DNA from: Macrostomum lignano
Taxonomy: Eukaryota
Length of the DNA: 64,000 nt
Assembly: GCA_002269645.1 (NCBI GenBank)
Contig: NIVC01000538.1
Span: 310,001-374,000, forward strand
Direction of reading: 5' to 3'
The notes under the pieces: model-generated
Told to the model about the DNA's origin: nothing
Databases searched by the model: none
Seen by the model: the letters and a program-made list of their open reading frames with translations, nothing else
Translations under genes and position numbers: made by a program
In this document: positions 33,420-45,000 of the stretch, piece after piece
Numbering within the stretch: the stretch's first letter is position 1
How the letters are laid out: every line of letters starts with the position of its first letter

Positions 33420-36400
33420 GATAGGTTTGGGATCCATTTTAAAGTTTTTAGAACAGACATACTTTTTTGTACAGGGCTAGGGCCTAACCAACATACAGAT
33501 GCAGCCTTGCAGTTGCAGGGCCTAGGCTAGACTATATGGTATTAAAAAATTATTATTAAGTCATCAATTGACAATTTAATCATTGCTTTAACAGGTTAGG
33601 ACTTGTGCTATCAATATTTTTATTTCTTATTGGTAGCATAGCATTTTAATTTTATAGGCCTTTTACTAGGTCTAACTAAAGCCCTATAGTTCAAAAGGCA
33701 ATATATATGCCAGGATTTCTAGGCATATAACAAGGTCAAGGGTACTTGCCATTTTTCAGCTTATATTAGAGGCCTAGAATATGTGACTCTCTCTATAGAA
33801 ATCCTACTAATGCCACCAAAGTTGTCACAGGGATACTTTTCTATTTCTTAATATTGAATATCCTGTTACCAAAGCTGTAACAGGGGTTAATTCTTCCTAC
33901 TGATCATATTGGTTATTACTTGCCTTTTTACTGGTAGTGCATGTACTTCTATTGGTAGTGTATGTACTTCTATTGGTTGCATGTGTACCATAGTCAGGAA
34001 GGTGTCCAATGTATGCAGGAATTAATTCTGGGCAAAATTAAGCCTGGATGCCAATGTACGCCAATTTTTTTAGCTTCATTTCGAACATTACGCTGTACGC
34101 TGAAGTCCTTTATTTTACAAATTTTACGGATTTTATGAAAGAATAGACTATTTTATTGCATGCAACAATTTAAAAAAATTGAAAACAGAAACAAATAAAA
34201 CAATGCTTTTTTTGCTTGTATTTATACCCCTTTCTCAGTTCAGTTTTAAACAAAAAATTCATAATATTTATAATTTTTACAATATTACTGATATTATACT
34301 CATTAAAACAAAAATAGCCTCGTTTTAAATACAATACTTTCTAAGAAAATGAGTGATGCTAAATAAGGCTTATCTTATGTACATGACATAATGGAAATTT
34401 TTTGGCTTCTATTTGTGGCATATGTTGCATATGCTACATGCTATACTGCATTATTCATAGATTTATTTTCTTTTTCTTCTAAAAGTAGTCTATATGCCAT
34501 TGGGGCAAAATGTTACCGTACACCTTGTTTGCTAGAAACTTCAATGCCCTTAAAGGTAAAGAAATATAAGAGCAAGCTTCATGCACATGCCAATTTGGAG
34601 CTGCTCAAATAACGCCCTCCTTCAATTCATAAACCCAAGTGCCTTCGTGTTCTTCAACTGTAACAGCATATTTATATATATATGGTAAGATCAAATAAAA
34701 GTGACTAAATTTAAAATAAGCTACATGCAACACTATTAAAATAGAACAAAGAATAATAAAAAAACAATTTTAAACTTTTGTGCCTTAAAAAACTTATTTT
34801 CTTCAATTTGTCTTTTTTAGTAAATGTTTCAAAACAAAAGTGCAAAATATTTTTACGTTTGTTACTCTACATGAAAAATGAATTCTAAATTGAAAAAAGC
34901 ATACAACTTTGACAATGTACATAGTTATAAACATTTTTGTCCTAGCATACAAATGATATTATACTTTTTCCCTTATTGGACTTACTGTGTACTAATATGT
35001 GATCTAAACTATAGCTAAGGTTTAATATTAGTTAGTATTTTTTTATTTACTAAGTGGTCTATTGGCCTAGAATTTCTTATATATGTTTTTTAGAATAACT
35101 TGTAAATCTCTTAGTAGTTATCTAGATATTTAGCCAATAGTCTTTCTTAGGCATTGCAATGATTAGAAGTTTATGGTTATACTTTCAAATATATAATATA
35201 ATACACTAGAAAAAGTGATCCCTTACACTATAAAGTCAATTTTATACCAGAAAAAAAAACAAATTTACTTGTAAGATATATGTTAGATATTATCATAAAG
35301 GTATTGTAACAATACAAGACCTTTTTGTATTTGGACAATATAGGACTACAGGATCTTTTCTTGCATTACAACATTTTAGTCTTTTGTATGCCAATATAGC
35401 TATGCCATATACTAGCTCTGTAGTACAATTTTCTATTAGATTGTTCTGTATGCTAGATATTTTATATTATCTATTTTTTGTCCCTTGTACACAAAAATTT
35501 TCTAGTATATATAAAATATATTGGGAGTAAAGAGTTATGGTTATGGTCTTAATACAATATATATAATAATCCCAAGATTTCATTGTTAAGGTATCTTATA
35601 TGCCTATATATATTTTATAATCTTGAATATACACTATACATGCAAGCATTTTTTGCTCTGCATACTGCAGGTCAGAGGGTTGGACTGAAAGGTCAGAAAT
35701 TTTTTTGTAGACTGTGTCTATTGCAAAAGTAAGATTGAGGCTTCAAAAAAGCCGATTGCTTCTATATATTTAGCAAGCAAGTATATATTTATCAAGGGTC
35801 CCATACATATATGCAAAGCAAAAGGGGCAAAGGGAAAAAAGGAATGAACAAGCAAGCACTGGGTGACACATCGCAAGAAAGAACATTCTTACCCTATTTT
35901 CCCTCAACCCTCTTACACAACACAACTACACTATATATCATCTCAATAGTCAAAAAGGCAAACAACAAAAAGGTTATTATATAGCAAATTAAAATTTAAA
36001 ATAGAATGTTCTTATAATGAATGTCCACTGGTCTTTTTTAAATGTTATGCTTATAAATATTGATAATCTTGGATTATTGTAATGGCCTCAAGGTTTATTA
36101 TTTGCAAAACTTTTATTACTATTAATAGCACTAATACATATAGAAAAATATCAAATATCAAATAATCATCAAAATTAATGATCATTTTATAATTATGTTA
36201 GATAAGATTTTAATTCTCAGGATTCTCAAAAAAGGATACAAAAAGTTTGATCATATAAAAGATAAAGGAGGATTAAAACAAAAATTTTTGCAACTGGTCT
36301 TTAGGTTTAGAGACCCATAGTATATTGGTGCTAGTATATTGCAATTAGAACAAAAATGAACTTGGGGTCCAAAGTGAGGGAACTCCAGCTGCTGAGTTCC

Positions 36401-36800
36401 TTAGGCTCAGGGGAGAGTAGCTATGGTTATGGCTAAGCAGTCTAGCTAATGCCATCTATTAGAATGTCAAGTTTCAGAATTTTAGCCACAGCAGAAAATT
36501 TAAAATAAGCTATAATTTGCTAAGTATTGTACTAAAAGTAGTAGTCGCTGCCACAATTGCAATAATTCTGAGAGAAAAGCTCTAGGACTTAATTGGCTCA
36601 AACTTGCCTAATAACTTCTCTTAAATTAGACCAACAAGGGTCAATTAATGCTTCTGAGGTCACAAAGGTTTAAGACAATAGCTTTACAACAGTTGATCTG
36701 TGCTTAATAAGTAGTTGCACTCTTAGAAGTGCTAACCAGGCTGCAGAATATTATAATTGATCAAGTTGTTAGACTTTGTGAATTACAAAATTAATTCACA
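33420..36800. other. CpG-depleted, TpA-rich decayed transposon zone
   Basis: By eye about 15 CpG in ~3.4 kb, with runs of hundreds of bp having none; abundant CTAG/TAG/TATA. Confidence 0.75.
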
Positions 36801-38250
36801 AGTATGATGGGAGAGGAGCTGGTTGGGTTGGGAAAGTTGGGCTTATACTTAGGGTCCTCTCATATCCGGAATAAGACAAGGGGGTTCCAAACAAGAGTGG
36901 GTCTGGCTCTGAATTTTCCACGCAGGGAAATGATGTCAATACACATAATACAAATTTAACTAGGTGAGCAATCCACAGAGGCAAAAGATTTCAGTCAGTG
37001 GGATCAGTGGGAGAGGCCTTGTCTACCACATCCCCTGGCAAGTGCTGCACACAGAACTCGGAATAGCACCTTGGAGTGGCAGGCCCTGTGTCTGCGCTTG
37101 GATGGGGCGGCATTAGATTGCTGGCTGTCGAGTCTGAGGTCGTGTAATGAGCTGGCCTTCCTGAGCCCACCTGGCAGGCCTGCGGGGCTGCATACAGCTG
37201 TGGTGGAGGGCTGTACAGCACTAAGCAGTGATGGACCATTTTGAGAGTTTCGCTTCTTGCCACACTCGGGACTAGAGAGCTCTTTTGTCAGGTTCTTCAT
37301 CATGCAGTTGAAAATTGCCCTCGCCAGTGCAGTCTTGACATCGTGGCCCTTTGTACAGGTGGTCAAAAAGCAGCAGATGATTGATGCCATTTCCTCCTCT
37401 TCGTCTAATTCAGTTACCTGGCCGCTGCCGTACTCGACCCTGCTAGCGACATAGATCTCATCAAAAACTAGTGACTACCCTTTCAAATTGCGACAGCTTC
37501 GATGCTCTCAGTTTGAGTTAGCTTTCACTACCCAGACCATCTTGAGTCAACTCTAGCAGAGATAGACCTTAGTTTACGATTGAGACGGCTGACAGAGTTC
37601 ATCCTGGTCTAGCATTGTCTTGTAGACGGAGGCACTGATTGAGTAAATCAGATCGGAGAACACGAAGAGCTCCTGTGAATACCTCCGTGAGTTTGATGGC
37701 TTCCTGCTGAGCCTCAGCTGCTCCAAGATGAAGTTGACAGTGCGATTGTCCGCCAGAGCTTTCACTTCGTCGAGCAGGTCCTCTGCCATATCCACCAAAC
37801 GCACAATCCTAGCATCCTGAGTGCAGGCGCTAGTCTTGCTGGCATCCTCAATTTAGTTCTCCAATCGCGACATGAAGTTGACCAGTGGGCTAAGCGTAGA
37901 TATCCTAGTGTAAATTTGGAGATCGCTGAATCGGTTCATCTTCAGGGGCATTCCACTGACAGCACAGCTCACAGTGTGGTCTTTGGCCATGCAGATGTAG
38001 CACGCTACACAGACAGTTGGTGAAGTCTCAAGCATGTAAATGCAGAGCTTGCCCTCGTGAACTGAAATCAGAAATCCTGTCGGCTCGGGCTTACCGTCCT
38101 CTCGGTTCAGCTTGCGGCACACTTCGTGTAAGTCACAAGTTGCGATGGAATCGGCCTCTTGAAAAAGGTGAATTTCATTTTGCAGAGCGGTGTACTCCCG
38201 CTGCAGATGCTCTGACGACGTTGCCGTTGTCGGCCGGGATAGTTTCACAG
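36400..38250 (-). pseudogene. P-element/THAP9-type transposase relic
   Basis: RRYSQELFVFSDLIYSISASVYKTM...QPS, SFDEIYVASRVEYGSGQV, ASIICCFL match Tnp_P_element blocks; decay increases leftward. Confidence 0.7.
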
Positions 38251-38587
38251 CACGCGAGAGATACGAAAAACGTATAGGAGACTCCTGAAAACATAGGAGG
38301 ACAAGGGTCCCAGTGATAATAAATTTTGCTATTTTGGCATCACAGACAACTTATTCCAAGGAATATGACCCCCATTTTCACTAGGGGACAGCTGACTTAT
38401 GTGGTCAAGATGTTGTCTAAAATTCAGGGCCTATTGTGTCAGTTTTCTGGATAAATATGCCCTCCGACTTCTAAAATTTATTAATCTATTTTATCGTGGT
38501 TTGTTTGCACAGTGCTACTATAAGTAGAACGAAAATTTTGATAATTACCGTCCAATCAATCCGCAGCACCTACAGCCAGTAGCCGCT

Positions 38588-39001
38588 ATGCTCGGCCGAA
38601 TCGCTTCCGCTAGACGCCTCATGGCTGGCGCCGCTAGCGCCCGCGTGCGCGCCTTCTCGGCTCCGGCCGCCGCTTCCGCGGCTGCCAGCAACAAAATCGA
38701 AGTATTTGTCGACGGCAACCCGGTCCAGTGCGACCCCGGCATGACTGTGCTGCAGGCCTGCGCTCTGGCCGGCGTCGAAATTCCCCGATTCTGCTATCAC
38801 GAGCGCCTGTCTATCGCTGGCAACTGCCGCATGTGCCTGGTGGAGGTTGAGAAATCCATCAAGCCGGTGGCCAGCTGCGCTATGCCAGTGATGAAGGGCA
38901 TGCGGGTCAAGACTGACTCGCCGATGACGCGGAAAGCTCGCGAAGGCGTTATGGAATTTCTGCTGGTTAATCATCCGCTGGATTGTCCAATCTGCGATCA
39001 G
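38588..39001 (+). CDS. NDUFS1: NDUFS1 exon 1
   Basis: [10 protein letters not shown]...[10 protein letters not shown], then GT donor. Confidence 0.96.
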
Positions 39002-42000
39002 GTGTGTGGGGGCGCTTTTGCCAAGATGCTTTACAGTCTGCTGAAACAATTTAAAATCGCCCCAAGCAATCATCTTGTATCAGACTCCTTAGAATCGCCC
39101 CTAAAAGCTTCCCAAGAATCGCCTCAGAAAGCCTCCCAAGAATCGCCCCTAAAAGCCTCCCAAGAATCGCCCCTAAAAGCTTCCCAAGAATCGCCCCTGG
39201 AAGCTTTCCGAGAATCGCCCCTAAAAGCATCCCAAAAATCGCCCCTAAAAGCCTCCCAATAATCGCCCTTAGAGCCTCCCAAGAATGGCCCCTGTAAGCC
39301 TCCCAAGAATGGCTCCTGTAAGCCTCCCAAGAATCGCTCCTGAAAGCCTCCCAATAATCGCCCCGAAAGCCTCCCAAGAATCGCCCTGAGAGCCTCCCAA
39401 TAATCACCCCTAAAATCCTCCCAAGAATCGCCCTGAGAGCCTCCCAAGAATCGCCCCTGTAAGCCTCCCAAGAATGGCTCCTGTAAGCCTCCCAAGAATC
39501 GCTCCTGAAAGCCTCCCAATAATCGCCCTGAGAGCCTCCCAAGAATCGCCCCTAAAATCCTCCCAAGAATCGCCCTGAGAGCCTCCCAATAATCGCCCCT
39601 AAAAGCCTCCCAAGAATCGCCCTGAGAGCCTCCCAAGAATCGTTCTAAAAGCCTCCCAAGAATCGCCCCTAAAAGCCTTCCAAGAATCGCCCCTAAAAGC
39701 CTTCCAAGAATCGCCCCTGTAAGCCTCCCAAGAATCGCCCCGAAAGCCTCCCAAGAATCGCCCTGAGAGCCTCCCAATAATCGCCCCTAAAAGCCTCCCA
39801 ATAATCGCCCCTAAGAGCCTCCCAAGAATCGCCCTGAGAGCCTCCCAAGAATCGCCCCTGAAAGCCCCAAAAATCGCCCTGAGAGCCTCCCAAGAATCGC
39901 CCCTAAAAGCCTCCCAAGAATCGCCCTGAGAGCCTCCCAAGAATCGCCCCTGAAAGCCCCAAAATCGCCCTGAGAGCCTCCCAAGAATCGCCCCTGAAAG
40001 CCCCAAAATCGCCCTGAGAGCTTCCCAAGAATCGCTCCTAAGCCGCGCCCCAAATCGCCATCGCAGGGAGGCGAGTGCGACCTGCAGGACCAGTCCATGG
40101 TGTTCGGCAGCGACCGATCGCGCTTCACTGACAATCTGCACGACGGCAAGCGAGCAGTCGAGGACAAGAACATCGGACCGCTGGTGAAGACCATCATGAC
40201 CCGCTGCATTCACTGCACCCGCTGCGTTCGATTCGCCTCCGAGGTGGCCGGCGTTGAAGATCTTGGCACCACCGGGCGAGGCAACGATATGCAGGTGAGT
40301 TGATGAGAGGAAGTGATGGATCCTGGGGTAGCAGCGGAGTGAAAGACCCTGAGGTAGTAGTGGAGTGAAAGACCCCGAGGTAGCAGCGGAGTGAAAGGCC
40401 TGAGGTAGCAGCGGAGTGAAAGGCCTGAGGTAGCAGCGGAGTGAAAGGCCTGAGGTAGCAGCGGAGTGAAAGGCCCTGAGGTAGCAGCGGAGTGAAAGGG
40501 CTGAGGTAGCAGCGGAGTGAAAGGCCTGAGGTAGCAGCGGAGTGAAAGGCCTGAGGTAGCAGCGGAGTGAAAGACTGACTCTTTAGTAGCAGCAAAACGA
40601 CCCAAAAGCCTATCCAAGGTAAATTAAAAGGCTGTCTCGTATACACTACTCGGAGCTAGCAACTAGCCAATTGGACAAAGAAAAAGGTAAGCTGAAGGTG
40701 ACTCCACCTCCCACTTCAGATTGGCACCTACGTTGAGAAGCTATTCCGCAGCGAACTCTCCGGCAACGTGATCGACCTGTGCCCCGTTGGCGCCTTGACC
40801 AGCAAGCCCTATTCGTTCACCGCCAGGCCCTGGGAGCTCAGCAGGGTAGAATCTGTCGACGTGATGGACGCTCTTGGATCTAACATCACTGTGAGCTCGC
40901 GAACCAACGAAGTGATGCGTGTGATTCCCAGACTGCACGACGGAATTAACGAGGAGTGGATCTCCGACAAGACTCGCTTCGCCTACGATGGACTCAAAAG
41001 GCAGCGTCTGGTCGCGCCTATGGTTAGTTTGTTTAGCTTTGGTCCTGAGCCTTCAGTGAGTGCCGCTACCCCAAACTCCCTCCCTCAGTCAGTGAGTGCC
41101 GCTACCCCACACTCCCTCCCTCAGTCAGTGAGTGCCGCTACCACACACTCCCTCCCTCAGTCAGTGAGTGCCGCTACCCCACATTCCCTCAGTCAGTGAG
41201 TGCCGCTACCCCACACTCCCTCCCTCAGTCAGTGAGTTCCGCTACCCCACACTCCCTCCCTCAGTCAGTGAGTTCCGCTACACACTCCCTTTCTCAGTCA
41301 GTGAGTGCCGCTACCCCACACTCCCTCCCTCAGTCAGTGAGTTCCGCTACACACTCCCTCCCTCAGTCAGTGAGTTCCGCTACACACTCCCTCCCTCAGT
41401 CAGTGAGTGCCGCTACCCCACACTCCCTCCCTCAGTCAGTGAGTGCCGCTACCCCACACTCCTTCCCTCAGTCAGTGAGTGCCGCTACCCCACACTCCCT
41501 CCCTCAGTCAATGAGTTCCGCTACACACTCCCTCCCTCAGTCAGTGAGTGCCGCTACCCCACACTCCTTCCCTCAGTCAGTGAGTGCCGCTACCCCACAC
41601 TCCCTCCCTCAGTCAGTGAGTGCCGCTACCCCACATTCCCTCCCTCAGTCAGTGAGTTCCGCTACCCCACACTCCCTCCCTCAGTCAGTGAGTTCCGCTA
41701 CACACTCCCTCCCTCAGTCAGTGAGTGCCGCTACCCCACACTCCCTCCCTCAGTCAGTGAGTTCCGCTACACACTCCCTCCCTCAGTCAGTAAGTGCCGC
41801 TACCCCACACTCCTTCCCTCAGTCAGTGAGTGCCGCTACCCCGACTGCCTCCAGTCGCAATCAGACAACAGAGCAATCAGACAACACAGCAATCAGACAA
41901 CAGAGCAATCAGACAGCACAGCAATCAAACAACAGAGCAATCAGACAACACACCAATCAGACAACACACCAATCAGACAACACAGCAATCAAACAACAGA

Positions 42001-45000
42001 GCAATCAGACAGCACAGCAATCAAACAACAAATCAGACAACAAATCAGACAACAGAGCAATCAGACAACAGAGCAATCAGACAACAGAGCAATCAGACAA
42101 CAGAGCAATCAGACAACAAATCAGACAACAGAGCAATCAGACAGCACAGCAATCAGACAACAAATCAAACAACAGAGCAATCAGACAGCACAGCAATCAG
42201 ACAACAAATCAGACAACAGAGCAATCAGACAACAAATCAAACAACAGAGCAATCAGACAACAGAGCAATCAGACAACAGAGCAATCAGACAACACAGCAA
42301 TCAGACAACAAATCAGACAGCACAGCAATCAGACAACAGAGCAATCAGACAACAGAGCAATCAAACAACAGAGCAATCAGACAACACAGCAATCAAACAA
42401 CAAATCAGACAACACAGCAATCAGACAACAAATCAGACAACAGAGCAATCAGACAACAAATCAGACAACAGAGCAATCAGACAACAAATCAGACAACAGA
42501 GCAATCAGACAACAGAGCAATCAGACAACAGAGCAATCAGACAACAGAGCAATCAGACAACAGAGCAATCAGACAACAGAGCAATCAGACAACAGAGCAA
42601 TCAGACAACAGAGCAATCAGACAACAAATCAGACAACAGAGCAATCAGACAACACAGCAATCAAACAACAAATCAGACAACAGAGCAATCAGACAACAAA
42701 TCAAACAACAGAGCAATCAGACAGCACAGCAATCAGACAACAAATCAGACAACAGAGCAATCAGACAACAAATCAGACAACACAGTAATCAGACAACAAA
42801 TCAGACAACAGAGCAATCAGACAACAGAGCAATCAGACAACAGAGCAATCAGACAACAAATCAGACAACAGAGCAATCAGACAACACAGCAATCAAACAA
42901 CAAATCAGACAACAGAGCAATCAAACAACAAATCAGACAACACAGCAATCAGACAACAAATCAGACAACAGAGCAATCAGACAACAAATCAGACAACAGA
43001 GCAATCAGACAGCACAGCAGTAACCGTCAACCGTCTTTTCTGGCCTTCAGTTGCGTCGCAGCGGTAACCTGACGGATTCAGACTGGCCGGACGCCCTTCA
43101 CGAGGTGGCCCGCCGCCTGTCGGCCAGCCGCGAATCCCCGGACCAGACGGCCGTCCTTGCTGGCCCGTTCGCCGACGCCGAGTCGCTGACGGCGCTGAAG
43201 GACCTGGTCAACGCTGCGCAATCTGAGCTGGTCTGCACAGAGGAAGCGTTCCCCGGCTGTACGGATCTGCGCAGCGCCTATCTCATGAACTCGCGCATTG
43301 CCGGCGTTGAGGACGCCGATCTGGTGCTGCTAGTTGGCACGAATCCGCGCTACGAAGCGCCCGTGCTCAACGCCCGACTGAGAAAGTGCTGGCTGCACAA
43401 CGAGCTTCTTGTGGCCTCTGTCGGGCCCAAGTTTGACCTGTCGTACACGTACAATCATCTGGGCGACTCGCCCGAGACGCTGCTTCGCTTAGCCGATGGC
43501 TCACATCCTTTTGCCAAGGTAAGCAAGGCCTTACAGTTTCTCAATTACTGTTGAAAGCTCAGGACTTTCAGGGTGTATCTGAACTGCTCAGGACTGTCAG
43601 GGTGTATCTGAACTGCTCAGGACTGTCAGGGTGTATCTGAACTGGTCACGACTGTCAGGGTGTATCTGAACTGCTCAGGACTGTCAGGGTGTATCTGAAC
43701 TGCTCAGGACTGTCAGGGTGTATCTGAACTGCTCAGGACTGTCAGGGTGTATCTGAACTGTTCAGGACTGTCAGGGTGTATCTGAACTGGTCACGACTGT
43801 CAGGGTGTATCTGAACTGCTCAGGACTGTCAGGGTGTATCTGAACTGCTCAGGACTGTCAGGGTGTATCTGAACTGTTCAGGACTGTCAGGGTGTATCTG
43901 AACTGGTCACGACTGTCAGGGTGTATCTGAACTGCTCAGGACTGTCAGGGTGTATCTGAACTGCTCAGGACTTTCAGGGTGTATCTGAACTGTTCAGGAC
44001 TGTCAGGGTGTATCTGAACTGGTCAGGACTGTCAGGGTGTATCTGAACTGCTCAGGACTGTCAGGGTGTATCTGAACTGCTCAGGACTTTCAGGGTGTAT
44101 CTGAACTGTTCAGGACTGTCAGGGTGTATCTGAACTGGTCAGGACTGTCAGGGTGTATCTGAACTGCTCAGGACTGTCAGGGTGTATCTGAACTGGTCAC
44201 GACTGTCAGGGTGTATCTGAACTGTTCAGGACTGTCAGGGTGTATCTGAACTGCTCAGGACTGTCAGGGTGTATCTGAACTGTTCAGGACTGTCAGGGTG
44301 TATCTGAACTGGTCAGGACTGTCAGGGTGTATCTGAACTGCTCAGGACTGTCAGGGTGTATCTGAACTGGTCACGACTGTCAGGGAGTATCTGAACTGGC
44401 CATAAATGTCCAAATTGTCTTGCACATTTGTTTATGATTTTTGTGTAAAATGAATTAGAAGTGTTAAATTTTTGCACCTTCTTTAAAAATAAATGGCGAC
44501 TGAATTGTCTTGACCTCTGAAAGTAGGGCCAAGTCCTCCGAGACTTGAATTCTTTTGACACGTGAACTCCGCCTACATTTTGTAATTTCCTACCGCAACA
44601 GACCCTAGCCGCGGCCAAGCGCCCCCTAGTCCTGCTGGGCAGCGAGGCTCTATGCCGGCCCGACGGCCGGGCCCTGCACTCTGCGGCCCTGCAGCTCAGC
44701 GAGTTGCTTCGACAGAAAATGAAAGCGGCCAATCCCGAGGAAGCCGACTGGCGCGTGTTCAACCTGCTGCACCGGGTCGCCAGCCAGGTGGCCGCTCTGG
44801 ACCTGGGCTACCGAGCCGGGCCGGAGTCCATCCGGGCTGCCAAGCCTCGCCTTCTCTTCCTGCTGGGCGCCGATGCGGGGCTGATCAAACGGGCCGACCT
44901 TGCTTCAGATGCCTACGTTGTCTATATTGGTATGATCTATATATGTGTGCCTCACTCACTCATCTGTGTGCCTCACTCACCCCTGTGTGCCTCACTCACT

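Noticed and set aside
38508-38514. CACAGTG (RSS/Transib-like heptamer) upstream of NDUFS1
   Set aside because: A single heptamer, in the wrong orientation to close the adjacent transposase relic, with no partner end found.
41168-43072. 634-, 530- and 397-aa ORFs
   Set aside because: Read-through of intronic tandem arrays inside NDUFS1 intron 3.
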